From assembly GCA_965248445.1 (NCBI GenBank), contig CBDFJG010000003.1, forward strand, positions 224,001-288,000: a stretch of DNA of 64,000 bases. Direction: 5' to 3'. The notes under the pieces are model-generated. The model had not been told where the DNA came from, made no database searches, and saw only the letters and a program-made list of their open reading frames with translations. Positions 46,000-56,490 of this stretch are shown here, piece by piece. Origin of the DNA: Planctomycetota bacterium. Lineage in GTDB: Bacteria > Planctomycetota > JAJSAM01 > JAJVHW01. The position numbers and the translations under genes are program-made. The number at the start of each line of letters is the position of its first letter. Within the stretch, counting starts at the first letter, position 1.

Positions 46000-48900
46000 G
46001 TCGCCTCGTCTCTAGACCAGACGTACGCCGGTCGCGACGAAGTCGCGGCCGGTGTTCGCATTTACAGACGGTCTCGGCGACCGCCGGCGCGCCCCAGGGT
46101 CCATCCCTGCTACCGTCGCCGCCGTGATCGGCGAGAGCCTCGGCCCGTATCGCATCGACTCGGAGCTCGGCTCCGGCGGCATGGGTAGCGTCTTTCGCGC
46201 GACGGGTCCCGACGGCGTCGTCGCGCTCAAGGTCATGCACGCGCACCTGCTCGAGGGCGGGGACGCGGCTGAGCGCTTCCGCCGCGAGGTCGAGATCGGC
46301 AAGACGATCCGCCACCCGAACGTCGTCACCACGTTCGACGGTGGGGAGATCGACGGGCGGCACTACCTCTCGATGGAGTACGTCGAGGGGCAGACGCTAG
46401 CCGAACTGCGCGCCGAGCTCGAGCGGGTGCCTGAGGAACTCTGCCGGCACATCGGCCGCGAAGTGAGCAAGGGACTCGCAGCGATCCACGCCGCCGGCGC
46501 CGTGCACCGGGACGTGAAGCCGGAGAACGTGCTCATCACTCCGGCTCACGTTGTCAAGATCATGGACCTCGGGGTCGCGCGGTCCATGGACGACGCCTTG
46601 CGGCTCTCGCAGACGGGCGCGTTCGTCGGGTCGCTGCACTACGCGGCGCCCGAGCAGCTCGAGGGCGGCGGCAAGGGCCTCGACGGTCGCGCCGATCTCC
46701 ACGCACTCGGGCTGGTGCTCTATGAGCTGTCGAGTGACGTCAACCCGTACGACGGCGACGAAGTCGGGCAGGTGATCCGCCTGGTGCTGTCCAAGGAGCC
46801 GCGGCGTCTCGGGGAGATCAACCCGCAGCTGAGCGCGTTCTTCGAAGAGGTCGTGCACTGCCTCCTCGCCAAGGACCGTGACGAGCGGTTCGCGACTGCG
46901 TCCGACCTGCTGGCGGTGCTGGAATCGGGCGAGGACTGCCAGTGGTGGCGTGCTCGCGCCCGTGCTCTGCAACTGAACACGCGGCGTCCGATCCGTCGCA
47001 TCCGCATCCCTCGCGAGACCGCCGTGTACGGCCGGGACGACGAGATCGCAGTCCTCCGCGCTCTCTACGAATGCGCCAAGGCCGGCGAAGGCAACGTTGT
47101 CTTTGTCGAGGGCGAGGCAGGCATCGGCAAGTCACGTCTCGTGGACGAGCTGATCGGGCGCCTGCAGCGCGACGGCGAGGATCTCAACTTTCTGTGCGGG
47201 AGCTACCCGCCGGGCGGCGCAGCCGCGGCCGAGGGCGGGTTCTCCTCGGCGTACCGCGCGCAGTTCGGCGAAGCGGGCAGCGCGACGTACTTGCCGGAGA
47301 ACCAGGTCCTGGTGCCCGCTTTCGATGCGCTGCTGCGCGGCGAGGGGGCGCCACCCGATGCGCAGGTACTCAGCAAGGGCTCACTGCAGACCTGCTTCGT
47401 CCGCGCGACGCAGACCCTCGCGGCCGAGCGGACGACCGTCGTGCTGATCGAAGATCTGCACTTCGCCCCGGAGGAAGGCCGCTCTCTCTTCACGTCACTC
47501 GCGATGTCGGCTCCGGGTCACCGCGTGCTCTTCGTCGGCACGGCGCGACCCGGAGTCTCGCAGGACTGGCTCGCCGGACTCACGCGGCTCGACCAGACGA
47601 GTCAACTCCCGCTGCAACGGCTCGGCGCGAAGGACCTCGCGCGGCTGCTGCAGGACACGCTGCACTCCGAGCAACTCGCGAGCGACCTCGGCACGCAGAT
47701 CGCGATCAAGTCAGACGGCAACCCGTTCTTCGTCTTCGAGATCCTGCGCGGCCTGCGCGATGGGCAGTTCATCCGGCAGACGGAGGAGGGCACGTGGATC
47801 GGAACGCAGGTAATCGACGAGATCGAGATTCCGTCGTCGGTCCTGGATCTCGTCAATGCTCGCGTCTCCGGGCTGAGCCAGCAGGACCGGGACGTGCTCG
47901 ACGTGGCCGCGTGCTGGGGGTTCGAGTTCGATCCCGCGCTGATCGCGGAGGTCACGGGCACTCCCCGCATCCCGCTCTTCAAGCAGCTTGCCCAGATCGA
48001 GAGGGCGCACCGTCTGGTGCGCTCTTCGGGGCGCAGGTTCGCGTTCGACCACCATCAGGTGCAGGAAGCCCTCTACGGTTCCCTACCAGAGGTGCTTCGT
48101 GAGGAGTATCACGCCGCTCTCGCCGACGCGTTGGCGACGCGCACCAACGCCGCCGACACCGACCCCGCGGCGCTCGACGGTGCGCTCTGCGTCGACATCT
48201 GCGAGCACTTCCTCAAGGGCGCGCGAGGCGAGGCGGCGCTGCGCTACCTGCCGGCAGCGGAGACTCACCTGACGAAGGGCTACTTGGAAGCCCAGGTCGC
48301 GGCGCTCACCGGGCGCGCGCTTGCGATCCCGGGCCTCCTCACCGGCGTGGCACGCGCGAAGGTGCTGCTTCGCCGCGTTGCGGCGCTCATCCCGCTGGGC
48401 CGCCCGGCGATCACGGAGGAGTGCGCGCGGGAGGCGGAGCGCCTGGCCGCGGAGGCCGGGGACCAGGCGCTGCAGATTCGGGCTGCACGGACACTCGGTC
48501 GCGCTCTCCTCGGGTTGTTCCGCAACGAGGAGGCCGCGGCGGCGCAGACCCGCGCGCTCGACCTCGCACTCGCGAGCGGCGACCGGGAGGCAGAGGCCGA
48601 TGCCACGGTGAACCTCGGCGCCGCGTTCCGCTCCGGCGGCCGCCTGCCCGAGGCACGGGAGCACCTCGAGCGCGGACTCGCCCTCTGCGCAGAGATCGGC
48701 TACCGAAACTGCGAGGCAAGAGCCGCTGGCGGCCTCGGCCTCGTCTGCTGGGACGAGTGCCGCCTGGTCGAGGCGCACGATCACATCGAGCACGGTCTCG
48801 CGCTCAGCCGCGAAGCCGGCGACCGGCAGCTCGAGTCGAACCTCACCTCGAACCTGGGGATCATCCACTGGTCCGCGGGCCGGATGCCCGAGTCGCGGGA

Positions 48901-49115
48901 GTGCTACCTCCGGAGCATCGCCATCAGCCGCCAGATCGGGAACCGGGTGGGCGAGGCCAACGCGCTGGGGAACCTGGGCCTGGTCTTCGGTTCCGAGGGC
49001 CGTCTGCGCGAGTCGCTCGAGCACCAGCAGCAGTGTCTCGCACTCAGCCGCGAGGTCGGGAGCCGCGCACTGGAGGTGAACTGCCTGGGCAACCTGGCCG
49101 GAGCGTTCTACGCCG

Positions 49116-50647
49116 GTACCCGTTCAGCCCTTGGTTCTGAGCTCGGATCCAGATCGCTTTCCGTTCGGTCGATGAATCGGATGTGGGCACCGATGAGCTG
49201 CGTGATCTGGTCGAGCGCCTGACCCGTCGTCTGGACGCTCGGGACGAGACGATTGCCGAGCAGGCGGAGGTGATCGAGCGGCAGGCGGCACGGATCGACG
49301 ATCTCGAGAGCCGTCTTCGCCGGGACTCCCGCACCTCCTCGCGCCCACCGTCCTCGGATCCGTCGTGGTCCAAGAAGCGGCGGCGGCGCAAGCCGCCGTC
49401 GGACAAGCGCCAGGGTGCGCAGCCCGGCCACAAAGGGGCGACGCGCAAGCTCGTGGACGAGTCCGAGGTCGATGGCGTAGAGGACCACCGCCCGCGCGAG
49501 TGCAGCGCGTGTGGGAGCGACGTGCTCGTCCCGATCGATCGCGCCCCGACACGCCAGCAGGTCTTCGAGGTCCCGCCACGGCTGATCCAGGTGACCGAGC
49601 ACCGGTTGCACCGGGCACGGTGCACGGACTGTGGCGCCACGTCCACTGCCTCGCTGCCAAGCGGTGTGACGGCGAGTCCCTTCGGCCCGCGACTCTGTGC
49701 GCTCACCGCGGCTCTGGTCGGCGTCTTCCGCCTGTCGCGGCGCGAGACCAGTCGTCTGTTGCGTGACGTCATCGGCGTCTCGATGTCACCGGGCACGGTC
49801 AGTGCGATCGAGGAGCGGGTGTCGGGAGCCATCTCCTCAGCGCACATCGAGGCCCTCGGGGCCGTACGCACGAGCAGCGTCGCCTATGTAGACGAGACAC
49901 CGTGGTCGCGTCGTGGCACGCTGCATTGGCTGTGGAGCGCGGTCTGTGAGCACGCCACGGTCCATCGTATCGATCGGCGCAGGAGCGCCAAGGCCATGCG
50001 GCGACTCGTGGGCAAGCGCTTCAGGGGCGTCCTCGTGACCGACCGTATGGGCGCTTACGACCAGCATCCCACCGAGCGCCGCCAGATCTGCTGGGCGCAT
50101 CTCGAGAGGGACTTTCGAGCGCTGGCCGAGGGCTCGCGCGGCGGCCGGCGCTTCGGCAAGCAGGCCGTGCGTCTCGCCCAGGCTGTCATGCGAGCTCAGC
50201 GTCACTTCGGCGAGCACGGGGACCGCGACCGCATGCGGCGTGAGCTGCGTCTCACATGGGACCGACTCCTGACGCTGCTCGTGCGCGGCGCAGACAGCAA
50301 GCACCGCCGAGTACGCGGAACGACTCGGCATCTGCTCGACCGAGCGGAGGCTCTGTGGACCTTCGCCGACGTCCCTGGCGTCTCCCCGACGAACAACGCC
50401 GCTGAGCGCGCGGTGCGCAAGCCGGTCCTGTGGAGACGCGCAACGCACGGAAGTCAGAGCGAGCGCGGACTCCGCTTCGTCGAGCGCATCCTGACCGTCA
50501 CCGCCACGCTCCGCCAGCGTGGCGAGAGCGTCTTCGATTACCTCGCAGACGTCAGCGCGGCACTCGCGCACAACCGCTCGCCGCCGGCTCTCGTCGCGCT
50601 CCCGATCACGCGCTGAGGCCGCGGATCGTCATACCCTGAACGGGTAC
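49116..50647 (+). mobile_element. IS66-family IS (single-ORF ISBst12-like), 1532 bp
   Basis: 12-bp perfect TIR GTACCCGTTCAG; 8-bp TSD CTACGCCG at 49108-15 and 50648-55. Confidence 0.96.
49183..50616 (+). CDS. tnpC: IS66 transposase TnpC
   Basis: DSRTSSRPPSSD, GAQPGHKG, CSAC..CTDC, YVDETPW, LVTDRMGAY, QICWAHLERDF, TNNAAERAVR. Confidence 0.95.
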   Translation: MGTDELRDLVERLTRRLDARDETIAEQAEVIERQAARIDDLESRLRRDSRTSSRPPSSDPSWSKKRRRRKPPSDKRQGAQPGHKGATRKLVDESEVDGVEDHRPRECSACGSDVLVPIDRAPTRQQVFEVPPRLIQVTEHRLHRARCTDCGATSTASLPSGVTASPFGPRLCALTAALVGVFRLSRRETSRLLRDVIGVSMSPGTVSAIEERVSGAISSAHIEALGAVRTSSVAYVDETPWSRRGTLHWLWSAVCEHATVHRIDRRRSAKAMRRLVGKRFRGVLVTDRMGAYDQHPTERRQICWAHLERDFRALAEGSRGGRRFGKQAVRLAQAVMRAQRHFGEHGDRDRMRRELRLTWDRLLTLLVRGADSKHRRVRGTTRHLLDRAEALWTFADVPGVSPTNNAAERAVRKPVLWRRATHGSQSERGLRFVERILTVTATLRQRGESVFDYLADVSAALAHNRSPPALVALPITR

Positions 50648-51250
50648 CTACGCCGAGGGTCGCCTGCGGGAGGCGCGCGAGAACTTTGAACAGAGTCTGG
50701 AACTCAGCCGCGACCTGGGGCACCGGGAAGCCGAGTCGCGCGCGCACTTCAATCTGGGCAGACTCTCCCTTGAGGAGGGCGAGAGCGAACGCGCGCTGGA
50801 GAACCTGACCGCGAGCGTGGTTATCGCCGACGAGGTGGGGCTGCCCAACCTGTCGGCGGTGTCGCTCGTCACGATCGGGGCACTGCACGCCGCAGCGGGC
50901 GACGAAGAGGCCGCGCGCGAGTCGCTCGTCAAGGGGCGCGACATCGCGGCGGCCAACGAGTGCGTGGACGAGGAGGCGCTCGCGCGCGGCCACCTGGCGT
51001 GCCTGCCCGGCGGGGACGTGGAGGACGCGCTGGTATTCGTCGCCGAGAATGCCGAGCGCGTCGCTGTCGACGAGCGCCGTGACGCGTACTGGCTCCTCTT
51101 CCGCGCGACCGGCGACCGGGCGCATCTCGAGGACGCCAAGGGCTTGCTCGACAAGTCACTGGCGCACGTCGATGACGAGACCCGCCAATCGATGCTCACG
51201 AACCGCTGCGTGAATCGCGAGATCATGGCCGCGTGGGAGAGTGCTCGCTC

Positions 51251-51326
51251 TGGTGGAGCCTAGGAGATTCGAACTCCTGACCTCCTGAATGCCATTCAGG
51301 CGCTCTACCAACTGAGCTAAGGCCCC
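51251..51326 (-). tRNA. tRNA-Ala(GGC)
   Basis: rc = GGGGCCTTAGCTCAGTTGGTAGAGCGCCTGAATGGCATTCAGGAGGTCAGGAGTTCGAATCTCCTAGGCTCCACCA; G3:U70 pair, anticodon GGC, encoded CCA. Confidence 0.97.
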
Positions 51327-51538
51327 ACCGCTCGCGGTCGCGCCGATCCGGGACCCCAGGGCCCCAGGGAGCGCGACGGAGCGCGGACGATAGGCAGGCG
51401 CCGCGCGGGGGGCAACTTTCGCAGGCGGCAGCGAGCCGGTCAGGGCACCGGGAATGCCGGGCGCACTGAACCTCGGGCTAACCTCGCGCGTTTCCCCTCG
51501 GACGACCCGCGCGCGTGTGGCGCACGGGGGAGGCCCCG

Positions 51539-54046
51539 ATGAGCACCAAGTACGACTTCCGAGCTACCGAGCAGAAGTGGCAAGAGCGCTGGAGAGAGAA
51601 TGGTCTCTTCACGGCGCCGGAGGCTCCCGACGCCGACCGGAAGTTCTACCTCCTCGAGATGTTCGCCTACCCCTCGGGCGACATCCACATGGGCCACTTC
51701 CGGAACTACGGCATCGGCGACGCCGTCTGCCGGTACCTGCTGATGAACGGCCGCCAGGTGCTGCACCCGTACGGGTGGGACGCCTTTGGCCTGCCGGCGG
51801 AGAACGCCGCGATCCAGCGGGGCACGCACCCGCGTGAGTGGACGCGGGCGAACATCGCCACCGGAGGCGACACGCTGCGGGCCGTCGGAATGGGCTACGA
51901 CTGGAGTCGCGAGTTCGCGACCTGCAACCCGGACTTCTACCGGTGGACGCAGTGGATCTTCCAGCTGCTGCACCGGCGGGGTCTGGCCTATCGCAAGGAC
52001 GCGCCGGTCAACTGGTGCGACGACTGCAACACGGGGCTGGCGAACGCGCAGGTCCAGGACGGCAAGTGCTGGCGCTGCGGCAACGAGGTGCGCAAGCGCG
52101 ACCTCGAGCAGTGGTACATCAAGATCACCGACTACGCGCAGCGGCTGCACGACGGCCTGGACGACCTGCCGGCCTGGCCGAACAGCACGTACGCGTCGCA
52201 GCGCAACTGGATCGGCCGCAGCGAGGGCGCCACGATCCGCTTCGAGGTCGCGGACGCCCCGGCGGACTGCCCGCAGGTGCTGGAGGTCTTCACGACGCGT
52301 CCGGACACCGTATGGGGCGCTACGTTCATGGCGGTCGCGCCCGAGTCCGCCTTCGGCCGCTACTGCGCGGAGAGCGGACCGAATGCGGCTGCGGTCGCGG
52401 CGTACGCCGCCGAGGCCGCGAACAAGACCGAGATCGAGCGCAGCGCCGCGAACCGCGAGAAGACCGGCGTCAAGAGCGGGTTCCTGGCCGTGCACCCGTG
52501 CACCGGCGACGCGATCCCGATCCTGGTCGCCGACTACGTCCTGGCCGGCTACGGCACGGGCTACGTCATGGCGGTCCCGGCCCACGACGAGCGCGACTTC
52601 GCGTTCGCCAAGGCGCACGACCTGCCGATTCGCGTCGTCATCCAGGACGACTCGGGGGAACTGGCGGGCGCGACGCTCGAGGCCGCGCACACGGGCGCCG
52701 GCCCGATGGTCAACAGCGGACCGTTCGACGGCCGGGACTGCGCCGAGGCAATGAGCGACCTGATCGCGTGGCTCGAGGAGCAGGAGATCGGCGCGGGCAA
52801 GGTGAACTTCCGGTTGCGTGACTGGCTGATCAGCCGGCAGCGTTACTGGGGCTGCCCGATCCCGATGATCCACTGCGACGCGTGCGGCGTCGTGCCGGTG
52901 CCGGAGGACCAGCTGCCGGTCCTGCTGCCAGAGAACATCGAGAACTGGGTCCCGAAGGGCCGCAGTCCGCTGGCCGACGTGCCGGAGTTCATGAACGTCG
53001 CGTGCCCGGAGTGTGGCGGCGCGGCGCAGCGCGACCCGGACACGATGGACACGTTCATCGATTCGGCCTGGTACCACCTGCGCTACGTCGACCCGAAGAA
53101 CGAGACCGCGTTGTTCTCACCCGAGTACGCGCGGGCCTGGCTGCCGGTGGATCTCTACATCGGCGGCGCCGAGCACGCCAACGGCCACCTGATCTACTTC
53201 CGTTTCATCACCAAGGTGCTGAAGGACGAGGGGCTGCTGGACGTCGAGGAGCCGGTCACGCGCCTCTATCACCACGGGATGGTGTCGGACGAGGACGGCC
53301 GCCCGATGTCGAAGTCGCTCGGCAACGTCATCTCGCCGATCCACGTTTGCCGCGACTACGGCATCGATGCCGCCCGCGTCGCGATGTTCTTTTTCGCGCC
53401 GTCGGACGAGGAGATCGCGTGGAAGCCGACGGGGGTGGCAGGAGCGCGCAAGCTGGTTCAGCGGCTGTTCGCGACCTACTCGGAATACGCAGAGATCCTG
53501 GGCGCCCACGAGCCGAACGTGCGCGGCATGCCGAGCGCCTGCGACGACGCGCGCGAGGTGCGCCGCCGCGCGCACGTGTTCCTCGACCGGATGACCCGTG
53601 CGTTCGAGAAGGACCTGGCTCTCAACACGGCCGTGGCCGCGATTTACGAGTTCCTGAACGTTCTGCCCGCCGCGTCGGCCGCCGCGGAGGCCGACGAGAA
53701 CGACCAGTGCTGCTACGCCGAGGCGTTGCGCGTCGTAGCCCTCGGCATGGCACCGCTGATGCCGCACCTCGCAGAGCAGATTCACGAGATGCTGGGCGGT
53801 GAGGGCAGCGTCTTCGCGCAGCCCTGGCCGAGCGTCGATCAGGACGCGCTCTCGCTCGACGAGATCGAGATCGCCGTTCAGGTCCGTGGGAAGGTGAAGG
53901 CGCGCGTCACGATTGCCGCTGATGCCCCTGAGGAAGTCGTCAAGATGGCGGCGCTCGCCGACCCCGACGTCCAGGCGGCGATCGGGGAACAGAAGGTCAA
54001 GCGCGTCATCGTCGTCCCCGGACGGCTCGTCAACGTCGTCGTGTAG
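51539..54046 (+). CDS. leuS: Leucine--tRNA ligase
   Basis: LEMFAYPSGDIHMGH, GWDAFGLPAENAA, QRNWIGRSEG, FTTRPDT, DWLISRQRYWG, PMSKSLGN, IVVPGRLVNVV. Confidence 0.98.
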   Translation: MSTKYDFRATEQKWQERWRENGLFTAPEAPDADRKFYLLEMFAYPSGDIHMGHFRNYGIGDAVCRYLLMNGRQVLHPYGWDAFGLPAENAAIQRGTHPREWTRANIATGGDTLRAVGMGYDWSREFATCNPDFYRWTQWIFQLLHRRGLAYRKDAPVNWCDDCNTGLANAQVQDGKCWRCGNEVRKRDLEQWYIKITDYAQRLHDGLDDLPAWPNSTYASQRNWIGRSEGATIRFEVADAPADCPQVLEVFTTRPDTVWGATFMAVAPESAFGRYCAESGPNAAAVAAYAAEAANKTEIERSAANREKTGVKSGFLAVHPCTGDAIPILVADYVLAGYGTGYVMAVPAHDERDFAFAKAHDLPIRVVIQDDSGELAGATLEAAHTGAGPMVNSGPFDGRDCAEAMSDLIAWLEEQEIGAGKVNFRLRDWLISRQRYWGCPIPMIHCDACGVVPVPEDQLPVLLPENIENWVPKGRSPLADVPEFMNVACPECGGAAQRDPDTMDTFIDSAWYHLRYVDPKNETALFSPEYARAWLPVDLYIGGAEHANGHLIYFRFITKVLKDEGLLDVEEPVTRLYHHGMVSDEDGRPMSKSLGNVISPIHVCRDYGIDAARVAMFFFAPSDEEIAWKPTGVAGARKLVQRLFATYSEYAEILGAHEPNVRGMPSACDDAREVRRRAHVFLDRMTRAFEKDLALNTAVAAIYEFLNVLPAASAAAEADENDQCCYAEALRVVALGMAPLMPHLAEQIHEMLGGEGSVFAQPWPSVDQDALSLDEIEIAVQVRGKVKARVTIAADAPEEVVKMAALADPDVQAAIGEQKVKRVIVVPGRLVNVVV

Positions 54047-54076
54047 CGCTCACCACAACCCGAAGAAGAGCACACC

Positions 54077-55510
54077 ATGTCACGCAGGAAGATCGCCAAG
54101 CGCAGCGAGGACTACGCCCGCTGGTACCAGGACATCGTCGCGGCCGCCGAGATGGCGGAGAACTCGCCCGTGCGTGGCTGCATGATCATCAAGCCGTGGG
54201 GCTTCGGCATCTGGGAGCGCATGCAGCGTGAACTGGACGACCGCATCAAGGCGACCGGCCACGAGAACGCCTACTTCCCGATGCTGGTTCCGCAGAGCAT
54301 GTTCACCAAGGAGGCGGAGCACGTCGAGGGGTTCGCTCCTGAGTGCGCCGTCGTCACGATGGGGGGCAACAAGGAGCTAGAGGAGCCGCTGTACCTCCGC
54401 CCGACCAGCGAGGCCATCATCTGCACCACGTACGGCAAGTGGGTGAACAGCTGGCGTGACCTGCCGATCCTGATCAACCAGTGGGCGAACGTCGTGCGCT
54501 GGGAGATGCGTCCGCGCTTGTTCCTCCGCACGATGGAATTCCTCTGGCAAGAGGGACACACGGCTCACGAGACGCACGAGGAGGCGTACGAAGAGGTCAT
54601 GCGGATGCTCGACGTCTACGCCGAATTCGCCGAGACCGTGTGCGCGGTGCCGGTGGTCAAGGGCGCGAAGACCCCGCAGGAACGATTCCCGGGCGCCATC
54701 GACACCCACACGGTCGAGGCCATGATGCAGGACGGCCGTGCGCTGCAGAACGGAACTTCGCACGATCTCGGCCAGGTCTTCTCGAAGGCGTACGGCATCG
54801 AGTTCCAGGGGCGGGACGGGAACATGCAGCACGCGTGGTCCACGTCGTGGGGCGCCTCCACCCGCATGGTCGGCGCGCTGATCATGACCCACGCCGACGA
54901 CGACGGCATGGTCGTGCCGCCGAAGCTCGCGCCGATCCAGGCGGTCATCGTGCCGATCTACCGTGGCGACGAGGCCGGTGAGCTGGTCGCCGACGCAGAG
55001 AAGATCGCCGCGGATCTGCGCGCCGCGGGAGTCCGCGTCAAGGCCGACACCCGCGACGCGCTCCGTCCGGGTGCGAAGTTCTTCGAGTGGGAGAAGAAGG
55101 GCGTGCCCGTGCGCCTCGAGTACGGCGCCCGGGACAAGGAAGCCGGTGTTGTGATCGTCAAGCGGCGGGACAACGGCGAGAAGCAGACCGTGCCGCTCGC
55201 CGATGTCGTCGCGACCGTGACGGCGCTGCTGCCCGCGATCCAGGACGACATGTTGGCTCGCGCGAAGAAGTACCGGGACGAGCGGACATGCGACCTGGAC
55301 AGCTACGACGACTTCAAGGCGCGGATCGAGGAGGGTGGCTTCTTCCACATGCGCTGGTGCGGTGGAGAGGACTGCCTGAACCGGGTGAAGTCCGATACCA
55401 AGGCGACCTCGCGGTGCTTCCCGCACGGCGCGCCGGACGATCCGGGTCCCTGCGCGATCTGCGGCGCGGATGCCACCGGGCCGAGGCTGATCTTCGCGCG
55501 CGCCTACTGA
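54077..55510 (+). CDS. proS: Proline--tRNA ligase (archaeal/eukaryote-like type)
   Basis: KEAEHVEGFAPE, LRPTSEA, QWANVVRWE, FLRTMEFLWQEGHT, QNGTSHDLG, C-terminal FARAY. Confidence 0.98.
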   Translation: MSRRKIAKRSEDYARWYQDIVAAAEMAENSPVRGCMIIKPWGFGIWERMQRELDDRIKATGHENAYFPMLVPQSMFTKEAEHVEGFAPECAVVTMGGNKELEEPLYLRPTSEAIICTTYGKWVNSWRDLPILINQWANVVRWEMRPRLFLRTMEFLWQEGHTAHETHEEAYEEVMRMLDVYAEFAETVCAVPVVKGAKTPQERFPGAIDTHTVEAMMQDGRALQNGTSHDLGQVFSKAYGIEFQGRDGNMQHAWSTSWGASTRMVGALIMTHADDDGMVVPPKLAPIQAVIVPIYRGDEAGELVADAEKIAADLRAAGVRVKADTRDALRPGAKFFEWEKKGVPVRLEYGARDKEAGVVIVKRRDNGEKQTVPLADVVATVTALLPAIQDDMLARAKKYRDERTCDLDSYDDFKARIEEGGFFHMRWCGGEDCLNRVKSDTKATSRCFPHGAPDDPGPCAICGADATGPRLIFARAY

Positions 55511-55549
55511 TGGGGTGCCTGCGTCCCATCCATCGGGCAGAATGACACC

Positions 55550-56134
55550 GTGCCGAACAAGTTCCTGAAGGCGATCTTTGCTGGCGACGACGAGGACGTC
55601 GGTTCGTCCGCAGGCCGTGCGGACGGCGCCCCCGCCGTTCCCGAGAACCGTCCACGCAGCCTGGCAGACGCGTGGGAGCGGCTGGCCGAGAGCAACCGCA
55701 AGATCGAGGAGCGTCTCGCGTCCCTCGACGCCGCGGAGCGCGCACGCAACGAACTGCTCGACGGACTGCGCGAGACGTCGAAGCAGCAGCTCGACGTGCT
55801 GCACGTCCTCGGCAAGTTCCACGAGGCCGCCGAGAAGCGCGGCCGCGAGATGGAGAACCAGCTCCGCGGCGTCCCCGACGTGCTGCGCGGTTTGCCGACG
55901 GCGACCCGCGAGCAGGCCGAGAGACTCTCCGAGATCGCGGCGCGGCTCTACGAGAAGGCGCAAGACAACACGGTCAGTGCTCTGAAGAGCGCGCAGGCAA
56001 ACCACCAGCGCACCGTCGAGGACCTGATCGACAAGAGCCTCGGAGCCTCGCGACGTCTGACGGTGTGGGCGATGCTGCTCGTGCTATTGGCCCTCGCGCT
56101 CGTCGTCTTCGCCTGGCTGCAGAACCCGGCCTGA
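55550..56134 (+). CDS. Coiled-coil protein with C-terminal TM anchor
   Basis: Heptad-like helices, terminal hydrophobic helix. Confidence 0.7.
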   Translation: MPNKFLKAIFAGDDEDVGSSAGRADGAPAVPENRPRSLADAWERLAESNRKIEERLASLDAAERARNELLDGLRETSKQQLDVLHVLGKFHEAAEKRGREMENQLRGVPDVLRGLPTATREQAERLSEIAARLYEKAQDNTVSALKSAQANHQRTVEDLIDKSLGASRRLTVWAMLLVLLALALVVFAWLQNPA

Positions 56135-56249
56135 CTCCCAGTTCGCGCACCGGATAGTTGCGGCACGGACTTCGTTGCCCCGGTACGGTCCCCGCGTTCT
56201 TTCAGATCTCGATCTGTCTCACGGGTGCCGCCCGGACGTGTTCTCACGA

Positions 56250-56442
56250 CGGTCGGCAGAGGCGCGCTGCGAACGGTGCGCCGAAGAGGGAAGTGGGGTG
56301 CAACACCCCCGCGGGCCCGCCGCTGTGACCGGATGACGTGCTGTCTCGCGACACCACTGGGCGACTCCCGACCGAGGGGGCCCGGGAAGGTCGAGACGGC
56401 CACCGCGCGAGCGGTCGTCCGGAAGCCAGAAGACCTGCCCGG
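56250..56442 (+). promoter_or_regulatory. Cobalamin riboswitch
   Basis: AAGAGGGAAGTGGGGTGCAACACCCCCGCGGGCCCGCCGCTGTGA, CCACTGG..CCGGGAAGG and B12 box AGCCAGAAGACCTGCC, upstream of B12 transport genes. Confidence 0.93.
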
Positions 56443-56490
56443 TGAGCGCTTCACGTCAGCATCTCCGTGGAAAGGGAGAGTGAGGCCGTC

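Larger units (their letters stand above)
46124..51263 (+). pseudogene. Ser/Thr kinase - STAND/AAA ATPase - TPR protein interrupted by IS66
   Basis: GSGGMGSV, HRDVKPEN, GEAGIGKS, VLIEDLH, TPRs; removing the IS plus one TSD restores one 3600-nt frame (..FYA|EGRLREA..). Confidence 0.9.

Noticed and set aside
53290..53330. LeuRS PMSKS instead of KMSKS
   Set aside because: The first position of this motif is variable and the catalytic second Lys is intact.
54077..55510. Archaeal/eukaryote-type ProRS as evidence of unusual gene transfer
   Set aside because: This type is widespread in several bacterial phyla, and its codon usage matches the host.
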